Shown here: positions 12,813 through 25,275 of the stretch, piece by piece
Numbering within the stretch: the first letter of the stretch is position 1
How the letters are laid out: every line of letters begins with the position of its first letter
Origin: the human T2T-CHM13v2.0 reference genome, Homo sapiens
Assembly: GCF_009914755.1 (NCBI RefSeq)
Contig: NC_060935.1
Direction: 5' to 3' (one strand)
Length of the DNA: 64,000 bases
Notes under the pieces: model-generated
Seen by the model: the letters and a program-made list of their open reading frames with translations, nothing else
The model's database searches: none
What the model was told of the DNA's origin: nothing
Program-made: the position numbers and the translations under genes

Positions 12813-14285
12813 GTACTTTCCTGGCACACGTTGATACTGAACCACTTTTCACATTGCTCAACCACCTAATACTTTGACTGTCAATTTGTTTAAGTAGATC
12901 ACGAGATAATCATATCATGAGTCTCAGCCCACACACTCTTAATCTTTTTAAAAGGTGTGGCCGCCATTGATTTTAAAGGAGAAATGAAAGAGTGAAAGCA
13001 ATACGATACAATAAAGATACCTCTTTCCCTGAAACACACAGGAAAGTGAAGTTTCAGGTCTGCTGAGGCTGAGATCAACCAATTGGTGAAGGACTCAAGA
13101 ATTCTTACTGCATATCTGTTCCTGGAAGAATATGATGCTAAGAGAAAAAGAACCAAATTTTTGAATGACCTGTAAGTGCCCTGTTAAAGGATTCATTTTA
13201 ATAGAAACTCAGAAACTTATTTTGCTCTTTTTTTCCTTTGCTCTATTCTGCAAATGGCTCAAATCCTCTTGAAGACTGTTGACTTCCTCTAACTTTTCTC
13301 TGTCCTGAATTCCCCAAGGACAAGGACAATGTCCTCAGAGCCGTGAAAGCAGTTTTGTTTTTGGGGTTTTTCATTTGTTTGTTTTTAAGATCCTCGCTCT
13401 TCCAAGCGCTCTGCCTTGGGCAAACCACTCTGGCTCATCCTTTGTGTTCACATCAGGAGTTTGATTAAATTGTCACTATGATTCCTCCCAGCTGAAAAAT
13501 GCTTTGATTCAACATGGATTAGAATTGGCAGTGGAATTTGCTTGCCTAATAGGGTCACTTGATCTTCAAATCTACACTTTATGTTGTTTTATAAAGGATA
13601 CTACTGGGTTTATTTAAAGTTTTAAATTGGTTTGAAACATATAATAGGCAATAAATAATAACATTCAATATATAACTTATTAGAGCCTATCTTTGAATAC
13701 TCTCATATACCTAAAAATTAATTTGGCTCTTCAGGAATAAAATCCAATTGATACATTCTGTCAAACCAACTGTATCACCTGTTTCAGTCTTCCAAAACCA
13801 GGAAAGCCTTGATTGCTCTCCACGGGAATTTCAGTGCAATTCCAATAATCTTGGATTCAACATCTCACAAACACTGGAGATCTAGAATCCTTTGCTCTCA
13901 AACACTTGATTCCAGTTCCTGGCCCTCAGTTCTAGCTATCTCAGAGAATTTCTAGTAGTTTCATAAGTTTCTGAAATAAAATGGAAGTGCTGGGACGATC
14001 GTATGTGACTCCTCAGAAGCATAGATATTGACCTTTGGCCAGATAAGGATGAGAAAAATGATACAAGAGATTCAAGAACTGCCTGGATACTTAAGACCTC
14101 TTGATGGATAACATCTCTGGACTTTATGTGACCTCCTCCATTGGTCGCTTTTTTTCTGTCAATGCTTTTCGCCAGCTCTCAGTTACAAAAAGAAGAGGAA
14201 TTTGAAGATTATGAACTGCTTGATGGCAGTGTCTTATTTATCTCTGTTTTCTAAGACATAGCCTGGTAACTGGCTCCTGCATCTT

Positions 14286-14405
14286 GGGTTACCTACATAG
14301 TCCTGGTTTGTACCTGATATCCTAGTGTAATCTTAACAGTGCCCAATGCCCCCTTTCACTCTTGAAATTGTCTTGGTAGCTATGATAAATTGTACAGTCA
14401 CCCTA
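14286..14405 (-). mobile_element. MER94-like hAT-Blackjack MITE
   Basis: Terminal gggttacc...gtcaccct with internal gcccctttcactct and gataaattgt. Confidence 0.65.
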
Positions 14406-14989
14406 CTTATAATAAGCAATCAAAGTTAAACATTGTTGAGCTAAAAATTTAATGAAATGGATATAACCTCCCCTTCCAATTTCTATAAAGTGACCAACCC
14501 AATATGAGTGAGTTTGTGATACAAGTCACCTTCAGACATACTTGAAAAGATTTCAGATTATTCTGTGGACAAATAGTCCATTATTAAATATGCCAAATGG
14601 TTTTCTTTTCTACTCCACTCTGACCTCACCATGTTTCAAGGACCTCTTCAAATGCAATATTGAGACATAGTAAATTATGAATTCTAGTGAGAGCTATATT
14701 TTACAGCTGTATATTCCAGACCCTAAATGCCCTTGCAGGGAATAAAATGAAAATTAATGAACTGAAGAGCAATTGTAAAACAGGACCTTTGCATTAAGAA
14801 CAAACTATTCAGTAACAGCTTTTAATAAGGTAAATATCCAACCACAGCATAATGTAGTCTTTGTACATTTTTAGGACTTATGTCACTGGGAAAATATGTT
14901 AAGAATTATTTCTCCAAAGATCCTAAAAGTTTCAGGTAATGGTTCCTTTATCTAGAATTTTTTATTACCATCATTAGTGCTATCCAGAC

Positions 14990-15065
14990 TTTATTACTGC
15001 TGCTGCTGCTACCATTACTGCTACTATTACTATTAGTACTACTACCACTACTGCTACTACTATTG
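14990..15065. repeat. (CTG)/(CTA)n mixed trinucleotide tract
   Basis: tactgctgctgctgctaccattactgctactattactattagtactactaccactactgctactactatt. Confidence 0.8.
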
Positions 15066-15254
15066 CACACACACAAACACACTTATTATTCTGTGCATCT
15101 ATATATAGAAACCTGTGTTTCTCTATGCAGGCTTCTGCGGTTTATAGAAGACAGTAAACAGGAGCAGTATGGCACAGCGGGAATGTAGGTGATTAAGTAA
15201 GACTGCCTAGGCATGTGTTCAGGCTCTGCTTAGTAGTTGTGTGACCTTGGTCAA

Positions 15255-15802
15255 TGTTCTGGTAATCTATTGCTGTATAACAATTTACTTCCACATTTAG
15301 TGACTTTAAACAACGACCATCATTTTATTATTACCTCACATGGTTTTGCAGGTGAGTGGGCTTAGCTACTTGATTCTCACTCAGGTGTGTCTCATGAAAT
15401 TTCAGCCAGATGGTCACTGGGGTTGACTGATGTCAAAGACTCTCTCATTCATGTGTCTGGTGGTTGGTCATGGCTGTCAGCTGGAACTTCATCTGGGGTT
15501 ATCAGTTGTTAACACTTACATGTATTCTTTGCTGTGGCTGCTTGGGCTTCCTTACATCATGGTATGTGGTTCCAAAAGCAACCACCCCTAGGGGACCAGG
15601 AAGAATCTATTGGCCGTTATGATCTAGCCTTGGAAGTCACATAGCATCACTTCCTCAGCAGTCACTAGCCTGCCTGGAGACAAGGAGAGGGAACCTTGAC
15701 CCCTGCAGTTCAGTGGGAGGAGCATCAATGTTACATGGTAAGAAGAGCATGTAGGAAGATAGATTTTGTTGTAACCATCTTAAAAAACACAATCTGCCCC
15801 TA
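15255..15802 (-). mobile_element. MLT1-family MaLR solo LTR
   Basis: tctattgctgtataacaa...ttagtgactttaaacaac...gatctagccttggaagtcacatagcatcacttcc...aatctgcc. Confidence 0.8.
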
Positions 15803-15859
15803 GATTTGCTAATCCTGTTTCTTCATCTGAAAAAAGTATGGATAAAAATACCTATCCCA

Positions 15860-16179
15860 GGCCGGGCACGGTGGCTCACGCCTGTAAGTCCCAGCACTTT
15901 GGGAGACCGAGGCGGGTAGATCGCGAGGTCAGGAGATAGAGACCATCCTGGCTAATACGGTGAAATGCTGTCTCTACTAAAAATACAAAAAAATTAGCCA
16001 GGTGTGGTGGTGGGTGCCTGTAGTCCCAGCTAGTTGGGAGGCTGAGGCAGGAGCCTCAGGAATGACGTGAACCCGGGAGTCGGAGCTTGCAGTGAGCCTA
16101 GATCACGCCACTGCACTCCAGCCTGGGCGACAGAGAGAGACTCCGTCTCAAAACAAACAAACAAACAAACAAACAAAAA
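15860..16179 (+). mobile_element. AluY-type, full length, (CAAA)n tail
   Basis: gaccatcctggctaa, gtgaacccgggag, gagcttgcag diagnostics; TSD core ctatccca on both sides. Confidence 0.95.
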
Positions 16180-17226
16180 CTATCCCATAGAGTTGTTTTG
16201 AGGAAATAAGAAGTGTGAAGCCCTTAACAGAGTACAGAGTAAACACTCAGTAAATGTTTACTATGGTTCATGTAGTTCCTTCTTAGAGAAACAAAGTGTT
16301 TTTATTTGTCAAAGCAAAGAAGAAAAATAACTGATCAATAAATATTTATGGTGTGCTTATCTATACAATTAATAATAAGAAAAATTTCCTGACCTAACAA
16401 TATTTAAGTATTTTGGAAATCTGCATATACCATTTCTTGTGGTATATATAGTATTTCTGTGTCAATAATTCTAAAAATTAGAAAACTAGTATTTGGAATT
16501 TGGAAAGCAAATTCATTTTCAAATTGCTGATTATTTAAAATTTTATTGCATATAAATTGTTTTGACAACACCTGTAGTTAATTTGGAAGAAGTGAGGAGG
16601 AAGAGGTATTGATTAAAATGACTTCAGAAAATATTTACATACATATTCATTTCTTAACTCCTTGCAAAATGGATCTGAGGTGGCTTAATATACAATGAAT
16701 GCATGTATACATAATATATTTTGTAATGAACATATATGTAATTACATATATGTAATTCACACACATATGACTATTACACACATAAATATGTACAAATTAT
16801 TTTAAAAGAAATAGAAGCCAAAGCCATGAAAAACAAGGAAAAAACAACTTGCAAAAACAAGGGCTGATACAACAATGATAACTGAATATAATATTTGCTC
16901 TGAACTTCTTGGTAATCAGTGAGGAAAACAAAATTATTGATGTGTAATTCCTATTACCACAAAAAATATTTAGTATACCAACTCTCCAAGAAGGATCATC
17001 CTAATGATGGAATCATAAAGAAAAGTTAAATGTGAGACCTTTTTTGGAGAACATTGGTAAAAAATATTTTCTTTAAAGAGCTTTACAACCAACACAGAGA
17101 CTGTCTAAATACTGTATCTTATTGCAAAGAGTCTCAATAAAAGTTGAAAGAGTAACATTACTGTATACCTTGTAACCCAATTCTGCAGGTGAGGATGAGC
17201 TGGTGCCATCCAATAACCCATTAGGG

Positions 17227-17666
17227 CAACGGTCCCCAATCTTTTTGGCACCGGGGACCGGTTTCCTGGAAGACAATTTTTCCAGGAAAATTGGGGGGAT
17301 GAAACTGTTCCACCTCAGATCATCAGGATCTTAGATTCTCATGACGAGCACACAATCTTTTTGGCACCGGGGACCGGTTTCCTGGAAGACAATTTTTCCA
17401 GGAAAATTGGGGGGATGAAACTGTTCCACCTCAGATCATCAGGATCTTAGATTCTCATGACGAGCACACAACCTAGATCCCTTGTATGTGCAGTTCACAA
17501 TAGGGTTCATGCTCCTATGAGCATCTAATGCCACTGCTGTCCTGACAGGAGGTGGAGCTCAGGCAGTAATGCTCCCTTGCCCACTGCTCACATCTTGCTG
17601 TGTAGCCAAGTTGCTAACAGGCCAGGGACCGGTAGGGGTCTGCAGATCACGGGTTGGGGACCTCTG
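17227..17666 (-). mobile_element. MER1B hAT-Charlie element with internal 116-bp tandem duplication
   Basis: TIRs caacggtccccaa / ttggggacctctg; 8-bp TSD cattaggg (17219-17226) / cattagag (17667-17674); internal gatgaaactgttccacctcagatcatcagg. Confidence 0.92.
17237..17471 (+). repeat. Perfect 2 x 116-bp tandem duplication
   Basis: 17237-17352 is identical to 17353-17468; caa microhomology at the junction. Confidence 0.97.
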
Positions 17667-18879
17667 CATTAGAGCACAAGCTATAGTGTAAAATATATCA
17701 GCAACTTAAGGGGAAACATATTCCATAAAAAACCTCTTTATCTCTAGCATTTGATACAAAGATAGCAGGTAATTCAAGAATACATTTAATGAGAATCTAA
17801 AATACTGCATTTTTTTTGTTACTCACTGAATCAACATCCATATGTTTTAAGAGCCAGATGGTGAAGTGGCAGGATAAGACATTTTATTTTGAATGCTGAA
17901 AAATTTACAGAAAAGGTAATCCTACCTCCCTATGGAAAGTTATTTTTAGACAAAGCTAGAACTTCCCCAAAAAGCAACTTTGGATCTGTCAGGTAGAACA
18001 TTTATATAATTGCTTGATTGTGACCTTAAAGTTCCAAACCATAATGGAGAAATATTAGATTTGGAAAACTTTAATTACTGGTGTTGAAATTGACCCATTC
18101 AAACCACCGAAAATCCCTGTAGATGGCCCTATAGAATATTTGGTTCTGGACTTTGTAACTATCTGGTGAGCCTGCCAGAATAGGTGGCTGGAAAATATAC
18201 TCCATGAGATTTAATTAGTAGACTTGCTGAGCAGAATTTTGTGGAATTAACCAATTTAATTTTGGATAATGTCTTCCAAAAATGATAATTTTGACATCTT
18301 TCATGTCAAGTAAGCCATTATTTGTGGCAGCAATTGGATGGCAAAAGCCTTTGCTTTTCAGGCCACGTCTAGTTGATTAAAATGGTTTCATTAGCATAAT
18401 GGAGAACATTTGCTTATTATTTGTTAAAAAAATAGCCTTTGTCTAAATGTAAAAGAAGTCAAGATCACTAGGGTACAACTAAAATATGAGAAGGGACAGC
18501 AGGCAGCACTTTTTTGTACTCTTTGAAATTGTAAACTCTTGTGTTAGAGCTTTCTTAATATTAAAAAAATTAATTGAAAAAGATTGTAAATATTCAACAT
18601 GTACAACGTGATGATTTAGAATAAATGTACCTTCCTAATTTTTGGCACAACATTAAAATATAGTTTATTTTAAAGTGGTCATTTTAGAAGATGTAAGGTT
18701 AGAACATACACTTTTTCTGTCCCCAGAGTGTAATGAAAGCATAGTGAAAGTTACAAACTGTCTCATGCAATTACTGGAATTTACATTAAAGTGGGAAAAT
18801 AACCGGATGGGTAGAAAATTAATACCTATGCATTTCTTCTACCAAACATATACTGCTTTGAGCTCAAAGCTACATCAGT

Positions 18880-19655
<776 letters not shown>

Positions 19656-21224
19656 TTCTGAAGGAGACACCTAGTGTAACCTCTGAGTGGCAATGACCAG
19701 CATAATAATAAATCTACAGATCTGGAATATATACAAGTTTGCCTTTTGTAAAATGAATAGCTAATTGAGGCATCAATTGGAGTGGTCAATTTGGCAATGA
19801 CGCTGAACTACCTATTTAAACAGATTAGCAGCAGCAGCACAGCCAAAGTAGTTTTCACTGTCAGGTGATGGATCAAATGAGGCAGGACCAGTGCAGAAGC
19901 CTCAGATAAGGAGAGTGCTAAGCTCTATAAGCTTGGAAGCAGCTCTCCCAGGACTATTAAGCCAGTATAAATAGAATTTCATACAACAGTGGTTATCCTT
20001 TTCTTTCTGCAAGCTTAACTACCAAACATATAACATAGGCATTAATATCTCAAACTTTACAGTCATAATTAGCTCTAAAAAACAACCCTAGGATTCTTTA
20101 CTGGAATTTGTTGTTCTCGGGTTTTTTAAGCCAAATTTATTAAAAGGATTTGAACTAACAAATTACTTAATGTATTTTCTGTGTTCTGTCACACTGCAAC
20201 TAAACTTGCCAGTTTTAGAGGTATGATACCAGTGTTTGCCCAAATATGTATAACAATTTAATTCACCAGCACAATTCATTTGATTGTGCCTATCAGTTTC
20301 ATGAAAGTAAACTTCGAAAACCTTAATGAGTTTCTACCAAAATGTCGGTGGCACACGGTACCATTGTGAAAAAAAAGCAAAGCAAAACTGACTAATTGCC
20401 ACATTGTAAATATTTGATGAAAAATAAATAACTTGATCTGACTTCTCCTCTTGATAATACAAACTTGGTTCCAATTTGTTACAGTTATATAAGTTATTGT
20501 AGACTTTTTTTGCATTCATTATAATTCTCAGGCAAATTTATTCTAATTAAAATATAAGTACTTTTTGGCTTTACCATCTTAATACCTATTCAGAAAACTT
20601 GCCTACATTTATCCCTGCATCAATAAAAGTTATTCTATACCATAATTCAAACTTAATTTGTGAAATAGTCCTATGGGGTTTTGTGACTGTTTCTAGAAGG
20701 GAAGAACTTGGGCAAGCATATAGATAGATCTAAGTAGTAACTCAAAAGCTTTTTGACTAAAGTCAACCTAATTCTACGGTTTAATGTTTGATGTCCTTAC
20801 AGAGAGAAGGCAGTTGATAGTGTGTCCTGAGCAGTGCCGGGACAACATCATTAACCAAACTGGACCACAGGGCAGCACTCACAGGGTATTCTGAAGAAAG
20901 AAACTGTGTTCATTATTGTAATCTTTGCAATGGTTCTAATGTTTGGGCTAGAGCTACCAGAGACATTTGGGGAGGGGAGAATTGGGAGAAGGGGGCTTTA
21001 CATCCCTGTGAACTTAGAGTGAAAGCAGCAAGCATACGCTCAATGTAAAGAGCAGAAGCCACCACACTTCTTGGAAATATCATTGTATCCAGCAGTGCTT
21101 CGTGGTCAGGGATATGTCTAGGTCAAAAATGAATCCTTAATAGGGGAATAAAATTAACCCAAACTGAATGGAATTAAGTTTGCATTGTATTATAGACCAT
21201 ATCATGAGGAGAATAAAAAGCAGA

Positions 21225-21425
21225 CTGTAATATCAGACAGAATGAGGCTTTACCAATTAATAGCTACATGCTCTTGGCCAAGAACTTAACTTCTGTATCA
21301 TCAGTTTCCTTTATATAAAATGAAGATAATAAAACTAACACCATGCCAATAAAGCACTTAATACAATATTAAAGGTCATGGATTTGTCAGGCCTTCAATA
21401 ATTGTTATTACTATTACCTTTATTA
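21225..21425 (+). mobile_element. MIR SINE fragment
   Basis: tagctacatgctcttggccaagaacttaacttctgtatcatcagtttcctttatataaaatgaagataata. Confidence 0.7.
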
Positions 21426-22019
21426 TTATTAGGCTTGATCAAATGGGAAGGGATATAGAAAAAGGGCAGAATTTTTACCCTTGTCATTTAATTCAACCTA
21501 ATTCCCTCTTGTTGAGCTTATTCTTTCCTTTGTGTGAAAAAAATAGGGAAATCAAAATGAATAAAAGCTAGTCTCATACTTAAAGGGAAGTAGACAGGTA
21601 AACTAGCAATTACAGTTATAATTTCACATCCCTGAGGTTAGTGACAGGCACGCTGTATACTTAATACTTTCCAAAGTAGCACATAGGACTTATTTAATAA
21701 ATGATTTAATTAATTCAGAGTAGCATGAGCTGTAATTACTGTACAAACAGCTAGGGAAATGTAAAGAAAAAAGACAACAACCCCACATGGATGAGGCCAG
21801 AGAAGGCTTCTGAAATGGTCTGAAGCTGAAGCTGAGACTTAAAGAAAGATTAGAAGTTGCCAGTGAGTGTAGGGCATACAGACTCTCTTAGCGCAGGGAA
21901 TAGCCATTGCATTCCGTTAAAGGCAAGAGAGAATCTGGTTTATTCAGAGAACCACCAATCTTCAGTATGAGTTGAGTGGCGCATACCTAAGAGACACAGT
22001 GAAAGATTGGTTTGGGAAG

Positions 22020-22290
22020 ATAAACATCCATCCCTCCTGTCACCACTCCTGGTCATTTCTATTCCTCCTTTCCCTTATTTTCCTTCATAGTACTTACTAC
22101 CTCTTGTCCTTCTATTATAAATGTATTTGTGTATTACTTCTTGTCTGCCTCAGCCACTGGAATGTAAGCTTCATGAAGAAAAGCACATCCTACTGTTCCA
22201 TTTCTATATCGGCAGCCTCTGGATCAGTGGCCTGAAATGTAGGAAATGCTCAACAAATATTCATTGAGTGAAAAGTGAAAGAAGAAATAA
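22020..22290 (+). mobile_element. L2a 3' end
   Basis: cttcatagtacttactacc...ctggaatgtaagcttcatga...atgctcaacaaatattcattgagtgaa; flanked by antisense L2 pieces (~21560-21990, ~22330-22500). Confidence 0.75.
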
Positions 22291-24289
22291 ATAGAGAACT
22301 GCTCATGAAATGTCTTAAATGTAATATTTAGGAAGAAATGTCAGGATTGGTGTGGGATGAGGGTGAAGCTGAGTAATGAGTCTGAGAGAATCTCTTAGGT
22401 TTCTGACTAAAGTGATAAGTAAATGACTAATGACCAAATACGGAATTTAAGAAAAAGAGCTAGGTTTTTGTTTTTCGTTTGGAGGGAGTGTGGGATGTTG
22501 AGTTATACATTATGACTTTCCCAGAGTTGTAGGGATGAATTTCTTTACCTATGAAGAATCCGCAATCTACTTCCCTCAAATGAACAGCAGCCTTATAAGT
22601 TACTCCACAGTGGAATGAAGCTGATTTTTATTTACAGCTATAGAAAAGATTATCATGACTAATAAAATCCTACATTAATCTTCTTCATTACATAGAAAGT
22701 CAAAGGTGGAAGATTAAGAAATTTAAATAACCTGCCTCAGAACCACAGAGTTGAAATGAGAAACAGAACGTTTGCCGTTAAAAGTAACAGAGGCTACCAC
22801 TGACCCCATCATTTGTCACCTAGCATGCTGTTCAATAAATCACTCTGTATTTAGATAATCACCTCAGTGTCATTTCTCCACTAAAGAAATTTAATAGTGA
22901 GCAATCAAATGTATTCACTCTCAGTCCCTGACATGAGTTTACAATTACTTCCTAGAACTGAGCTAGTCTCAGTAGGATATAAAAATTAGGCGAATCATAT
23001 GGTGAATACTTACTTCATCCTGTGTTTTTTCCTGCTAGGAACAGAAATTGTCTCCATAATTGTATGCAAATCCTTTCACCAGAATCATCACAAGAAAATT
23101 ATGTACTGCTACTCCTGCTCTAAAGAAAAGACGAAAGTAACAGTTTAAAATATCACTTTCAAATCAACCAAAATGAATGGTTTTGGCTTTGTGTATAAAA
23201 GCCAGATCCAAATTAATATTATTTACAGTACACAGCTTGGCATGTGAATATAACAAGCTGATACTTAATATGTTGTGTAACACTTCTTTGAGTTTCGTTG
23301 CTAGTGATTGCTTTTATGATTAATTAATGAGATCTGTTGGACTCAAACTTCAACATACGGTAGAATAAATTAATTGCTCTTTTAAGAACCAGAATTCTTT
23401 GGACAGCACTGGCTATCTTGCACCCTCAATTAATGAGTCAGTTTTGCAGGTTAGCTCAGGATTTGTTTTTATGAACCAAAAATATTTCTGTTTTTATCAT
23501 TTAGAATGGAGTCCTTTCTGAAATGAATTTCACACTTACTTCAATCCTAAGTTTCTGAAGCTTATTTTAGCTCTTATTAATGACTCAGGATGGTTGCTAT
23601 AAATAAAGATTATGAAAATTGGAGATTACTATTAAAGGCTACCTTAGGATATCTCTAAAGGTATTCCTGCTGAGATATGTGGGACTCTGGGCTTCTACAA
23701 CTCATGACCTCTCTCTGCCATTTGTAGAGTTGTAGAGTTTTTGCATTTACTTGCCACATTCTTTCAGGACCAAAATGTACAAAGTATAAATTAAGTAGTT
23801 TTCAGCTCATTCCGATGTCAGTAATAGTACTTATTATTCATTCAGAAGCTATCTCTGGGATGAACAATAAGACATTGCTGATATTTGACTATTTTTGATC
23901 AGCAGAAATGAAAATGTCATATGGCTCCACCTGATACAATGAAATATCTCCTGGCTCTTATACAGATAAGTACAGGATTGGTGGGGTGGGGGGAGTGTAG
24001 AATTTAGAGAAAAGCAAACAATCAACACTCTCCTTTCTTTCCACTTTTTCTGGAGTTGGTCTAAGTGACAGGAGATTTGGCATTATGCCTGTATTAATTT
24101 CAGTAGTCTCCTATTTGGATTCCCTGTCCTCCTTCTCTTTCCACTCTTCGGATGCATCATTTCCACTATATCAAACTAGCATTATAAAAGCAGTTTTATA
24201 AATCTGTCTCTTCTCTGCTCCAAAGCTTTGAAGGTTTCTACTGTTTCAGTATTGTTTCACAATGATCAGTGGAGTAATTTCTAAACTTT

Positions 24290-25010
24290 CAGTATTTAAT
24301 TATCCAAAACTATTTATCGAGTCCCTTTTAGATGCCAAGTCTTCTTCTAGGCACAGTGAACAAAACAAGCCTCCTGACTTCATGAGCTTACCTTTTAGTA
24401 TGGGAAAGAGACAATAAACAAGGTGAGTGAGTAAAATCTAGAGTATATTAGGTGGTGGTGAAGTGTTGGGGAGAAAGTAAAGCAGAGAAGAGGAATAGAA
24501 AAGCACAGGATGAAGGAGCTGAAATTTTAGATAAAGTAACCCAGAACGGCCTCACTGAAGAGAGGGCATTTGGGTAGAAACCTAAGAACATAAAGGCAAA
24601 ACCCTGAAGACCCATCTTGGGGAAAGCACAGCAGGGTGAAGCCTGAGCCAGAGCACCCCTGGCAAAGCAGCCAGATGTCTGGTGATGTTTGAGAGCAAGA
24701 GAGCAGTGGATGACGTCAGTATAAAGGAGCAATTGGAGAGTTTGGACCTGTAAGTGGTATGATCTGGCTTGCCTGAAAAGTTCCATTCCTGAAGCTATGC
24801 TATGAGTAGTGCAAAGCGGGCAAAGGTGGAGGAAATAAAAGACATGTAAAGAGGCATTTGCAAACAAGAGGCTTGGGCCTGGGTGGAGGCAGTGTCGGTA
24901 GGAAGAAATGGCCAGGTTTTTGATATATTTTGAAGGTAGCCTTGACAGAATATGCTAAAATACGAGATGTGATTGTGAGAGAAAGAATGGAATTAATGGT
25001 GACTGTGATT
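24290..25010 (-). mobile_element. L2a fragment
   Basis: tatttatcgagtcc...gtgaacaaaacaag...gatatattttgaaggtag...gatgtgattgtgagagaaag. Confidence 0.75.
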
Positions 25011-25074
25011 GAAAGGCCTTCACATCACAGCCTCATCCTTCCTTGCTAATTTCATCGCTCTCTCTGCATGCTGA

Positions 25075-25275
25075 AGTGTGGTGAAAAGTCCCTAAGCTGG
25101 AGAATGGAAGACTTGAGTTCATTCACATTTCTGCCACTTAGTGGGGTTATGCTTTGATGTAAGTCACATAAATTGTTTTTATTTCTTCACCTTTATGGTG
25201 GGGATAATATCTACTTCACAGGGCTGTTATGAGGTTCAACTGTATTGTGAAATACTAATAAAGCATAATGTAGTT
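25075..25275 (+). mobile_element. MIR SINE
   Basis: gaagacttgagttc...tctgccactta...ggggataatatctacttcacagggctgttatgagg. Confidence 0.7.

Larger units (their letters stand above)
15162..16265 (+). mobile_element. MIR split into three pieces (15162-15254, ~15803-15859, ~16180-16265) by MLT1 and Alu insertions
   Basis: tagttgtgtgaccttggtcaa | ctgtttcttcatctgaaaa...acctatccca | tagagttgttttgagga...ctcagtaaatgtt are collinear with the MIR consensus. Confidence 0.7.

Noticed and set aside
13042-13171. Possible 130-nt cryptic exon (cacacag| ... CCT|GTAAGT)
   Set aside because: Weak polypyrimidine tract, poor exonic donor bases and no GluA4-like coding; chance level.
17237-17471. Tandem repeat as a CRISPR-like array
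   Set aside because: Two identical units without unique spacers, inside a eukaryotic DNA transposon.
20210-20520. Possible old DNA-transposon fragment
   Set aside because: No TIRs, TSD or family consensus that I can identify.
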